From a virus (lineage: Duplodnaviria; Heunggongvirae; Uroviricota; Caudoviricetes), in IMG/VR virus record IMGVR_UViG_3300032280_000594: DNA of 64,000 nt; one strand, given 5' to 3'. Position numbers and translations under genes: made by a program. A model generated the notes under the pieces. It did not search any database. It saw nothing but the letters and a program-made list of their open reading frames with translations, and had not been told where the DNA came from. Each line of letters begins with the position of its first letter. The first letter of the stretch is position 1. Shown here piece after piece: positions 55,775-63,749 of the stretch.

Positions 55775-56031
55775 TATCTTATCATATTTAATAGATATGG
55801 TAAATCTTCTGGTTTGTTTATTTGACCAGAGAATTTAATGAATTTATTAGGATCATCTTTTCTCATGTTGCATTGTATCTTTTCAATAATAAGATAGTTG
55901 AGAGGTGACCAATCATTATTACTAAAATGACAAATTAGTTGAGTACGTTCATCAGTTTGTTTTGACCAACGTCCTGGTGAAATAAGTTTAAACCCTAATA
56001 ATTTGAATTGTTCTGTTAAATCTATTTTCAC
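55774..56031 (-). CDS. hypothetical protein
   Basis: ORF track 85 aa; ATGA overlaps. Confidence 0.45.
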   Translation of the reverse strand: MKIDLTEQFKLLGFKLISPGRWSKQTDERTQLICHFSNNDWSPLNYLIIEKIQCNMRKDDPNKFIKFSGQINKPEDLPYLLNMIR

Positions 56032-56252
56032 TATAGTTTATATTTTTTAATTATATGTCTAGCTGATAGGTTACCTAATATAGCTGATACACCAGCAATA
56101 GTAAGACATAACCAAGTAGGATAAACGATACCGATATATTCACCAGTATTTATATCCATAGTGAAGAAAGCTAGAAACATTGGAAATGTTAGTACAAAGT
56201 ATATTCCCATTGTAAGTAAGATTGTGAAATAAAATTTGTTTAAATTGTTCAT
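56031..56252 (-). CDS. small 2-TM membrane protein
   Basis: ORF track 73 aa, hydrophobic. Confidence 0.45.
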   Translation of the reverse strand: MNNLNKFYFTILLTMGIYFVLTFPMFLAFFTMDINTGEYIGIVYPTWLCLTIAGVSAILGNLSARHIIKKYKL

Positions 56253-56402
56253 ATTATTTTTTAGTTTTTAGAATTTCGTAATAGTGGTAAAACTTATCAT
56301 TATCTATTGCAAAGTGTGATAACTTTATTTCACCGTTAGTTATTCTTTTTGTTATTTCATTTCTTTTTTCTGCGTTTGCAGTACTTTCTAATCTTATAAA
56401 TC

Positions 56403-56657
56403 TCATTGTAATAATTTATTTATTTTTTTATCTCTAATCCAAGATTTGTAATCTTCTATTGGGTAGTCCCAATAATCGGTGTAATTATCTAGATCTAACC
56501 AAAATATTCTAACAAAGTAATCACCGTTTATATGTTGTATTTTTCTGGCCCACTTACCTTCTATCTGATACATATCTTTTATTTTAAAAGGTGTCGACCA
56601 GTATTTGTCGTGTTTTTCAGAAATCCAATCTTGTAAATCTTGTTTGTTAAACTCCAT
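56403..56657 (-). CDS. hypothetical Trp/Tyr-rich protein
   Basis: ORF track 84 aa. Confidence 0.45.
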   Translation of the reverse strand: MEFNKQDLQDWISEKHDKYWSTPFKIKDMYQIEGKWARKIQHINGDYFVRIFWLDLDNYTDYWDYPIEDYKSWIRDKKINKLLQ

Positions 56658-56727
56658 ATTTATACTTAGAACTACAAAGATAACAATAAAAATTGTAATT
56701 CCAAAATTAAGTTTTTATATATATGAT

Positions 56728-57216
56728 ATGAGATACCTAAAGAGTTTTAATGAAGGCACATCCTTTCTACCAGAAGATCTAAATGAACTACAATCTTTTT
56801 GTGAGACTTATTTAGCTTATTTACTGGATGAAGGATTTGGCATACGTGTTAGACATGGTTCTCGTAAAGACAGAGCCCGTATAGAATTTTATAAAGATGA
56901 ACATTGGCATCCAGCTCCTTTTAATTGGAATGATGTTAAAGATCATTACATTCCGTTTTATCAAATGTTATCTAAAGAATATGAAATTAGTAAAATGACG
57001 GATAGAACCTTAGTAGATTGTCAAATAAAATATGGTGCACCAGATTATAAATATGAGGTTAGAGATTGTTCTGTTAAGTTTGAATATAGAAAACCTGCTA
57101 AACAATTATGGGAGACTGAGGCAAAGTGGTTTACAGAAGAGGAGATAATAAATGATAAGGTAGGGGATTTAGGTAGATATGTCGGTGTCATTTCAATTTT
57201 CCTAGATAACAATTAA
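56728..57216 (+). CDS. FamA protein
   Basis: track ORF 56605..57216 trimmed to MRYLKSFNEG; FCETYLAYLLDEGF; WNDVKDHYIPFY. Confidence 0.6.
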   Translation: MRYLKSFNEGTSFLPEDLNELQSFCETYLAYLLDEGFGIRVRHGSRKDRARIEFYKDEHWHPAPFNWNDVKDHYIPFYQMLSKEYEISKMTDRTLVDCQIKYGAPDYKYEVRDCSVKFEYRKPAKQLWETEAKWFTEEEIINDKVGDLGRYVGVISIFLDNN

Positions 57217-57223
57217 ATGTTAA

Positions 57224-57607
57224 TTATCCTTCGTGGTTTTCTATGTTAGAGTTTCTAAAAATTAAAACACAAGCGATTACAATTAAAACTAGACTGATTA
57301 AGTCACCCCAAGTTTCACCTTTACCAAATCCACTTAAAACTTGTAGAAAAATTAGACCGATTGTATATTCGTTAGCACTTCTAGGATAAAGTGCATTAAA
57401 TCTTTTATATATGTTAGTAATTGATAGCCAACAAGCTGGTGCTAAAATTAGAAGTCCTAACATAATAATTCCTGTTGATTGTACTATTCCGTATCCGATT
57501 AAGAATCCACCAATAAAAGCTCCTACTCCTGCTATAATGTTTCTAAGTAAGTAATTTGATCCAGAAATTGTTCCAGAGAATTCAAAGTATTTTTTTAAAT
57601 CTTGCAT
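57224..57607 (-). CDS. DUF805-like inner-membrane protein
   Basis: N-terminal YFEFSGTISGSNYLLRNI then 3 TM helices. Confidence 0.5.
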   Translation of the reverse strand: MQDLKKYFEFSGTISGSNYLLRNIIAGVGAFIGGFLIGYGIVQSTGIIMLGLLILAPACWLSITNIYKRFNALYPRSANEYTIGLIFLQVLSGFGKGETWGDLISLVLIVIACVLIFRNSNIENHEG

Positions 57608-57678
57608 AATAATAATGTTTTCTTATTATATGTTATTTAATAAATAAGTTTCTATAAAAATTATTTAATATATAATTT

Positions 57679-59934
57679 ATGATTACAAAGTGGAATGATT
57701 ACCAAAGTATAAATGAAAATCTTCAAAAAGCAAGATCTATTCTTCGTAGAGCTGGTATTGCAGAGACGAATGATGATTTTCAAAAGTTAAGAAAATTATT
57801 GGCTACACATCCAGGTTACCTTGGAAAGTTTACTGAATGGTTAGTTATAAATAAAATTACTTATGACCGTTTAGAAGATTTATATGATCAGATCAAGGAT
57901 AGCCGTTTATCAAGACCTATTGATGAATTTAAGACACCCGAAGAGATTATTGATACAATCGTAAGAACTACTGCAGATACTGCGGTAAATCAAATGATAC
58001 ACGCTATTCCATCAAGAGCTAGAGAGTTTTTGAAAAATGCTGAGTATTGTGAGAATTGTGATAATGAACGAGAAGTAGATTGTGAACATTGTGATGGTGA
58101 TGGTACTATGTCTTGTGAGAAGTGTGAAGGTGAGGCAGAGGTTGAGTGTCCGGATTGCTCGGGTCATGGTGAGAAAGAATGTACCGATTGTAAAGGTGTA
58201 GGAGATAAGAACTGTAAAAAGTGTAAAGGTAAAGGAACTTATTATAGAAAAGAATGTCCTGATTGTGATGGTGAAGGAACTACTGAATGTGAAACTTGTA
58301 ATGGTGGAGGTGAAGTTGAGTGTAAGAGATGTGAAGGTGAAGCTGCAATTGAGTGTGATAAATGCAAAGGTGAAGGAGGTTTTCCTTGTACATATTGTAA
58401 GGAAAAAGGTAAGGTAAAATGTCATGAATGTTCAAAGGATTCCGATGAGTGGAAAGAATTTGTAAGATTCTTATCTCTTCAAGTACAACATAAAGATTTG
58501 ATTATAGATTTCCTTTCAAAGAAAGGTGGTCGTTATTCTAACGAAGATAATGAGTGGGACTACTCAGATCAAACTGCAGTAGAAGAACTAACTGAAACTA
58601 TAACAAGATTGATTGATTTACCATCAATTGATTCTATTATTGAAAGATTACCTAATGAGCCTAATCTTAGATTGATTCATAATGATGATAAGGTTTTAAT
58701 TGTCGCTGCAAATTACGAAGGTGTTCAGAAATATGGTTCTTCTTATTGGTGTATTCACCAAGATGAATCTACCTTTAATGATTATGTTTATGAACGTAGC
58801 GGTATCTGTGAGCAGTGGATAATGTATATTAAAGGTAAAACTCCTTTAGTTGATGAGAAATCTGTAATGGGTATTACTTATAATATAGAAGAAATGGGTA
58901 ATCCAAGTGGTGTTGAGTATGCACACTGGGAAGATGATGATGGTTGTGTAACAGAAGCTATGCAGATAATTAAGGGACTTAAAATAGATAAAACTTTAAT
59001 TACTAGAGCTTTGGATATATTTGATCACGAAGGTGATATAGTACTTAAATTCCCAGAAGCTTTTTTACCTAAGATTGAGAAAATGTTTGATGATACAAAA
59101 TTAGCCTCAGAAGAATTATCCTCTTTAAAACCATTAAGATCAAATGCTGCTTGGACTGAACGTAATAAGAGAAATTTGATAGAATCTAAAAAGTATCAAA
59201 TTATTGAAATGATTGGTAATTTCTTATTTGAAGAAGGTTATGAATGGACTCCTAAACTAACTAAGTTATTTACTAAGATATGTAAGGATAAGACAATGAA
59301 GATACCTATTAGAATTTCTGCTCAAAGTGATTTAGCGGCCTCAATAATTACTCAATTATATACTTATTTTGATTTTGATGCAAAAGATTTAAAACATGAT
59401 ATATTTGAGGTTTTATCGGATCATGACATTGAGTATAATGAAGGTAATAAAGTAATTACTTGGTTAGTTTCTAATGGTTATAACATAACACCTTATCTAA
59501 CTTCAAGTTACTTAGATGATGAATACTTATTAGCTTTATATAAGTTAAAGTTAGTATCATTTGATGATTTTATTCGTTCTGTTGACTTAAATAATGTTGT
59601 TGGATTTGAGAAGGATATTACTGTTGCAGTGTTAGATAATATAGATAATTTCATTAGTGATCGTAGATTTTCAAATTTTTTATACATAATATGTGATGTT
59701 TTATCTAAGGATATGGCTTTATTTACTAAATATAAACAAAATATGTTAGATTTAGTTTCAAAAGTAAACAAAAGAGACGATTTAGAAACGATTTTAGATA
59801 AGATTGACGATGATGATTTAGAAATGGCTTGTGCTAGAAAACTTCTACATAGAAAGATTTTAACTAAATATGATGTTGAAATGAAGAAGAAAATGTTAGA
59901 GAAAATAGTTTTATCATACAAAGATTTTAAATAG
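57679..59934 (+). CDS. large protein with about 11 tandem DnaJ-type CxxCxGxG zinc-finger repeats
   Basis: residues about 120-260: CENCDNEREVDCEHCDGDGTMSCEKCEGEAEVECPDCSGHGEKECTDCKGVGDKNCKKCKGKG...CPDCDGEGTTECETCNGGGEVECKRCEGEAAIECDKCKGEGGFPCTYCKEKGKVKCHEC; remainder (500 aa) has no recognised domain. Confidence 0.6.
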   Translation: MITKWNDYQSINENLQKARSILRRAGIAETNDDFQKLRKLLATHPGYLGKFTEWLVINKITYDRLEDLYDQIKDSRLSRPIDEFKTPEEIIDTIVRTTADTAVNQMIHAIPSRAREFLKNAEYCENCDNEREVDCEHCDGDGTMSCEKCEGEAEVECPDCSGHGEKECTDCKGVGDKNCKKCKGKGTYYRKECPDCDGEGTTECETCNGGGEVECKRCEGEAAIECDKCKGEGGFPCTYCKEKGKVKCHECSKDSDEWKEFVRFLSLQVQHKDLIIDFLSKKGGRYSNEDNEWDYSDQTAVEELTETITRLIDLPSIDSIIERLPNEPNLRLIHNDDKVLIVAANYEGVQKYGSSYWCIHQDESTFNDYVYERSGICEQWIMYIKGKTPLVDEKSVMGITYNIEEMGNPSGVEYAHWEDDDGCVTEAMQIIKGLKIDKTLITRALDIFDHEGDIVLKFPEAFLPKIEKMFDDTKLASEELSSLKPLRSNAAWTERNKRNLIESKKYQIIEMIGNFLFEEGYEWTPKLTKLFTKICKDKTMKIPIRISAQSDLAASIITQLYTYFDFDAKDLKHDIFEVLSDHDIEYNEGNKVITWLVSNGYNITPYLTSSYLDDEYLLALYKLKLVSFDDFIRSVDLNNVVGFEKDITVAVLDNIDNFISDRRFSNFLYIICDVLSKDMALFTKYKQNMLDLVSKVNKRDDLETILDKIDDDDLEMACARKLLHRKILTKYDVEMKKKMLEKIVLSYKDFK

Positions 59935-59936
59935 TC

Positions 59937-60359
59937 TTAACCTAAGATCTCATTTAGTTTTTCTTCTCTTTGTTCTATTATATTTCTATGTTTTTTTAGA
60001 AACTCTATTTTATTATTGATTTTATCAATTTTGGTTTTATAATACTTAAATGTACCTTTTAGGTGTTTATCTGTATGAAATACAAGATTGTGCATATCAG
60101 TTTCTACTTTAGCTAAAGGAGTTTCAAAGTATTTTATTGCATCAGTTATATCATAATGATAATCTTCGTCTAACTCTGCAAAATAACTAACTATGACTTT
60201 TAACTTTGAGTTTTTATCACCGTGTCCTGTTATTACTTCATATTGATCGTGTATTTCACCATTACTATCTTTAATTTCTGTAATGTTACCATAAATCATC
60301 TTTGGTGGATGATATGATGTTCTTGTTGATACTAAGTCGCCTACTTTAATTAAATCCAT
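59937..60359 (-). CDS. hypothetical protein with FamB-like tail (QREEKLNEILG)
   Basis: ORF track 140 aa. Confidence 0.45.
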   Translation of the reverse strand: MDLIKVGDLVSTRTSYHPPKMIYGNITEIKDSNGEIHDQYEVITGHGDKNSKLKVIVSYFAELDEDYHYDITDAIKYFETPLAKVETDMHNLVFHTDKHLKGTFKYYKTKIDKINNKIEFLKKHRNIIEQREEKLNEILG

Positions 60360-60416
60360 TATATTCCTAAATCGTTTAACTTTTTATTACGAAGTTCTGC
60401 TAAAGTTGTAAAATGA

Positions 60417-60797
60417 TCATTCTAATATGTCTTCTATTTTTCGGTCTCTTTTAAATTGAGTTATAAGTTCCGTAAAATCGTTATAAGTAGCCCAGATTAT
60501 ATTATACGAATAGGTAGCATAGCCTTCTTCATTTACTTCCCTTGTACATTTAGAGAATGTGTTTCTACCATCTTTGCTAAATATTGTTAGCAAAGGAATT
60601 GATTCTGTTTTATCTACCCATTCTTTAACTTTCTTGTGTTCGTAGGTAAATCGTATTTCTCTAATAATGTCTTTATTATTTTCAGTACCGGGTGCACCAG
60701 AAAACATAGAGTAACCTGTAAGTTCTCCTATGACAACATCTTCATCATCGATTTTTGTAATTAGATAAATCATAAATAATTTTTTGTAAATATACAA
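60417..60797 (-). CDS. hypothetical protein with FamB-like tail (KRDRKIEDILE)
   Basis: ORF track 126 aa. Confidence 0.45.
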   Translation of the reverse strand: MYIYKKLFMIYLITKIDDEDVVIGELTGYSMFSGAPGTENNKDIIREIRFTYEHKKVKEWVDKTESIPLLTIFSKDGRNTFSKCTREVNEEGYATYSYNIIWATYNDFTELITQFKRDRKIEDILE

Positions 60798-60839
60798 ATA
60801 GTAAATTGATTATCAAAATATAATTTTAATATATACTTA

Positions 60840-61415
60840 ATGAAGTATTTGAAAACGTTTAATGAATCATTAGATAGAAATGAACTAAGAGAATTTTGTG
60901 AGATGTATTTGGCTTATCTACTGGATCAGTCAGATTTTAATTTAGAGATTTTTTCTTCTACAAAAGACATTTCAATTATTGAGTTAAGAGATAATCCAGA
61001 AGGTACTACGTTTAGTGGTGATAAGATTTTTACTTGGTTAGATGTTAAAGATCACATAATTCCATTTTTAAAAATGTTAGATAAAAGTTATGACATTGAA
61101 ACTATTCGCATCTTTCAATATGGGAAAGATCGTGAAAGTACTGGTTTGGCATCACATTCAATAAGAAGTATGGAAAGATTATCTGATGATACAAAGATGA
61201 AATGGGTAACAATTTCAGTTTCTAATAAGAAATCTTTTATACAAAAAGTAAAGTCATTCTTTGTTAGTGAAGCTTATAATAAACCAAGAGCTGGTGGTAA
61301 GAAACGTTGGTCTGTTAAATATAAAAAGACAATAAATTGTTCTAATCCAAAAGGATTTTCACAAAAGCAGTATTGCAAAAGAAAAAGAAAAGGTGGTACT
61401 TATAAAAAAGATTAA
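60840..61415 (+). CDS. FamA protein with extra basic C-terminal extension
   Basis: MKYLKTFNES; FCEMYLAYLLDQ; WLDVKDHIIPFL; C-terminus KRWSVKYKKT...KRKRKGGTYKKD. Confidence 0.6.
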   Translation: MKYLKTFNESLDRNELREFCEMYLAYLLDQSDFNLEIFSSTKDISIIELRDNPEGTTFSGDKIFTWLDVKDHIIPFLKMLDKSYDIETIRIFQYGKDRESTGLASHSIRSMERLSDDTKMKWVTISVSNKKSFIQKVKSFFVSEAYNKPRAGGKKRWSVKYKKTINCSNPKGFSQKQYCKRKRKGGTYKKD

Positions 61416-61418
61416 TAT

Positions 61419-61868
61419 ATGAGATACTTAAAAAATTTTGAAAGTAAATGGTGGGAAAAGGTTGTTGATAAAGATGAATTAAAATCTTCAGCAGAATCTT
61501 ATTTGGCTTATTTAATGGATGAAGGTTTCCAGGTTGGAATAAATTTAGATCGTCATGAAGATGATCGTGGTGGTATTGATTTACATCTATTTAAAGAAGC
61601 TAGTTCATTTAGTGAGGTTGATACTTATGATGATGAACCGGTGTATGATTATTTTGAATGGAGTGATGTTAAAGAACATTTTATTCCATTTATTAAAATG
61701 TTTATGAGAGAATATACTTTTTCTACTTTAAAGTTGTATGCTTTTTATGGTAATAATGTAAGATTCCTTAGACTAAATACTGGAACATTTGAGGATTTAA
61801 TCGAAGGAAAATTTGAAGTTCCAGAAGAGTTAAGAGAAATAGTAATAAATGGTATAAGAAAAATATAA
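61419..61868 (+). CDS. FamA protein
   Basis: MRYLKNFESK; SAESYLAYLMDEGF; WSDVKEHFIPFI. Confidence 0.65.
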   Translation: MRYLKNFESKWWEKVVDKDELKSSAESYLAYLMDEGFQVGINLDRHEDDRGGIDLHLFKEASSFSEVDTYDDEPVYDYFEWSDVKEHFIPFIKMFMREYTFSTLKLYAFYGNNVRFLRLNTGTFEDLIEGKFEVPEELREIVINGIRKI

Positions 61869-62314
61869 TGAAATACTTAAAAAGAATTTTTGAAGAAGTA
61901 AATCGTAATGAGTATGTAGAGTTACAGGATTTCTGTGAAATGTATTTAGCATACTTATTGGATGATAGTGATTGGCAAATAGACATATCGATGATTACTC
62001 AGGTTTATCCACATACTGGTCATTATGATGTTTTGATTTGGAGAAAATATGTGATAAATCCAGATGGTTCACACACTTATCCTAATGTTGTTTGGGATGA
62101 TATATCGGATCATTTTATACCATTCTTTAAAGTTCTAACGAATAATTACGAATTAGTACCTAGTGTTGCTCGTAGTATGAAAGATGGAAGTCTTGTTGAT
62201 AATCTGGTAGAATTTTCTGGTGCAAATGTCACAAAGGAAAAGATACTTGGAGATTTGATACCGGGTAATCAACCAGTTAGAAAAATAAAGTTTAAAGTAA
62301 AACGTAAGATATGA
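61868..62314 (+). CDS. FamA protein
   Basis: MKYLKRIFEE; FCEMYLAYLLDD; WDDISDHFIPFF. Confidence 0.65.
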   Translation: MKYLKRIFEEVNRNEYVELQDFCEMYLAYLLDDSDWQIDISMITQVYPHTGHYDVLIWRKYVINPDGSHTYPNVVWDDISDHFIPFFKVLTNNYELVPSVARSMKDGSLVDNLVEFSGANVTKEKILGDLIPGNQPVRKIKFKVKRKI

Positions 62315-62727
62315 AATACTTAAAAGGAATTTTTGAAGCAGCAGGAGAAAAAGTAGAGTTACAAGATTTCTGTGAAATGTATTTAGCGTATCTTATTGAT
62401 GATGGATTTGAAGTTGAAGTTGAAAGAACTTTTGGATTTAAAGACACGTTGACAATTGTTATAAAACCAGAGAAAGGTACTACTACAAGTTGGAATGATA
62501 TAAAAGATAAACTGATTCCATTCTTTTCTATGTTAGTAAAGAATTATAACATTGGTGCAGATCGCGGAACAAACTGTCATCCAAGTTGGTTAGAAAGGAA
62601 GGTTTCATTTTATTCTACAGGTCTAAACTCAAGAACTTCTATAGATATAGATAAATTGATTGAGGATCAACCAGGACATCCAATAACAGGTATTAATTTA
62701 GTACAACTAAACGTACATAAAAAGTAA
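62311..62727 (+). CDS. FamA protein
   Basis: MKYLKGIFEA; FCEMYLAYLIDDGF; WNDIKDKLIPFF. Confidence 0.65.
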   Translation: MKYLKGIFEAAGEKVELQDFCEMYLAYLIDDGFEVEVERTFGFKDTLTIVIKPEKGTTTSWNDIKDKLIPFFSMLVKNYNIGADRGTNCHPSWLERKVSFYSTGLNSRTSIDIDKLIEDQPGHPITGINLVQLNVHKK

Positions 62728-62752
62728 GAATTGTTTAAACAATTCTTTTATT
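62727..62752 (+). terminator. intrinsic terminator closing the 4-gene FamA array
   Basis: palindrome aagaattgttt-aaacaattctt then TTTATT, starting at the stop codon. Confidence 0.55.
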
Positions 62753-62823
62753 AGAATTATATAGAAAACTAGAAGATTGGTATTTACAAGAAGTACATAT
62801 AGACTTAGGTCACATTCATATAG

Positions 62824-62872
62824 AAACCAATAATTATACGGCATATGTTTTCGTACCGACAATTATTGGTTT
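62824..62872. terminator. long hairpin (12-bp stem aaaccaataatt / aattattggttt) followed by T-run
   Basis: between convergent gene ends. Confidence 0.35.
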
Positions 62873-62893
62873 ATTATTTTTACTAACTCGTAT

Positions 62894-63247
62894 TTAATAG
62901 AAAAAGTTTTGTATCTCCTTTGATTTTTTATTATAATACTCTTTCTCTAATCTTTGTTGCTCTATCAACTGTTTTATTTTTTTCTCTTCAACTATAGCAG
63001 CAACTTTCTTACCACGAACCAATACGGTCGTCGTATAACAATCTTTACTAATGTTATGACTTCTTGATACAACTAAATAAGATTCTTCACCTAAAGTGAT
63101 TATTTCGTCTTTATTAGGTGTAGGTATTGGATAATCTGATTCAATTTCGGTAGTTATATCTTTAGAGACTAAATCTAATTTATAATCTCTAATTTCATCT
63201 TTCTCAAGACCTTCATAATCAAACTCTATTTTTAATTTATACTTCAT
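62894..63247 (-). CDS. hypothetical protein
   Basis: ORF track 117 aa. Confidence 0.45.
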   Translation of the reverse strand: MKYKLKIEFDYEGLEKDEIRDYKLDLVSKDITTEIESDYPIPTPNKDEIITLGEESYLVVSRSHNISKDCYTTTVLVRGKKVAAIVEEKKIKQLIEQQRLEKEYYNKKSKEIQNFFY

Positions 63248-63749
63248 ATAGTAGTTGTCTTAATTTTAATTCTCTTAATAGTTTTGTATCTCCTTTTCTT
63301 TTGATGTAAGAAACTATTTCTTTATTTATTCCTTGTTCAGTTTTTTCAACCTTAAGCCAGTCAGATTCTCTTTCATATTCGATACTTGTTTTAAATATAT
63401 CATCATGAAAACAATTTAGATTTACGGTAATTGATGGTAAATCCTTGCACACAAACTTATAGTCATTATGAAGAAAGTATCTTTTACTATCATAGTAGTT
63501 TTCATCGATTTCATATCCCCATCCTTGTAGAAATGAAAATACTCTTTCAAAGAATTGTGATCTTGTTCGGTTGTATTGTTTACTTACTTTTACTTCACCA
63601 TTTAAAAATTCCATACCATAGGTACGACATTTATCAAACTTAGAAAAACGGACATTTGGATCTTCTGCGGATAATGATTTATCAATCATATTTTTTATCC
63701 CCAGTTTATCATACATTTCTTTGATAGTAAGTATTCCTTTATCTTCCAT
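63237..63749 (-). CDS. hypothetical protein with FamB-like tail (LRELKLRQLLYEV)
   Basis: ORF track 170 aa. Confidence 0.45.
   Translation of the reverse strand: MEDKGILTIKEMYDKLGIKNMIDKSLSAEDPNVRFSKFDKCRTYGMEFLNGEVKVSKQYNRTRSQFFERVFSFLQGWGYEIDENYYDSKRYFLHNDYKFVCKDLPSITVNLNCFHDDIFKTSIEYERESDWLKVEKTEQGINKEIVSYIKRKGDTKLLRELKLRQLLYEV

Noticed and set aside
56254-56460. Possible 50-aa ORF (MRFIRLESTANAEKRNEITKRITNGEIKLSHFAIDNDKFYHYYEILKTKK) between 56252 and 56403
   Set aside because: My manual base count around 56460 disagreed by one nucleotide with the supplied ORF track, so coordinates are unreliable; not reported as a feature
58012-59921. Antisense track ORFs 58012..58425 and 59508..59921
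   Set aside because: They lie opposite the zinc-knuckle and Asp/Lys-rich parts of the 751-aa gene; Ser/Thr/Phe-rich low-complexity products typical of antisense frames
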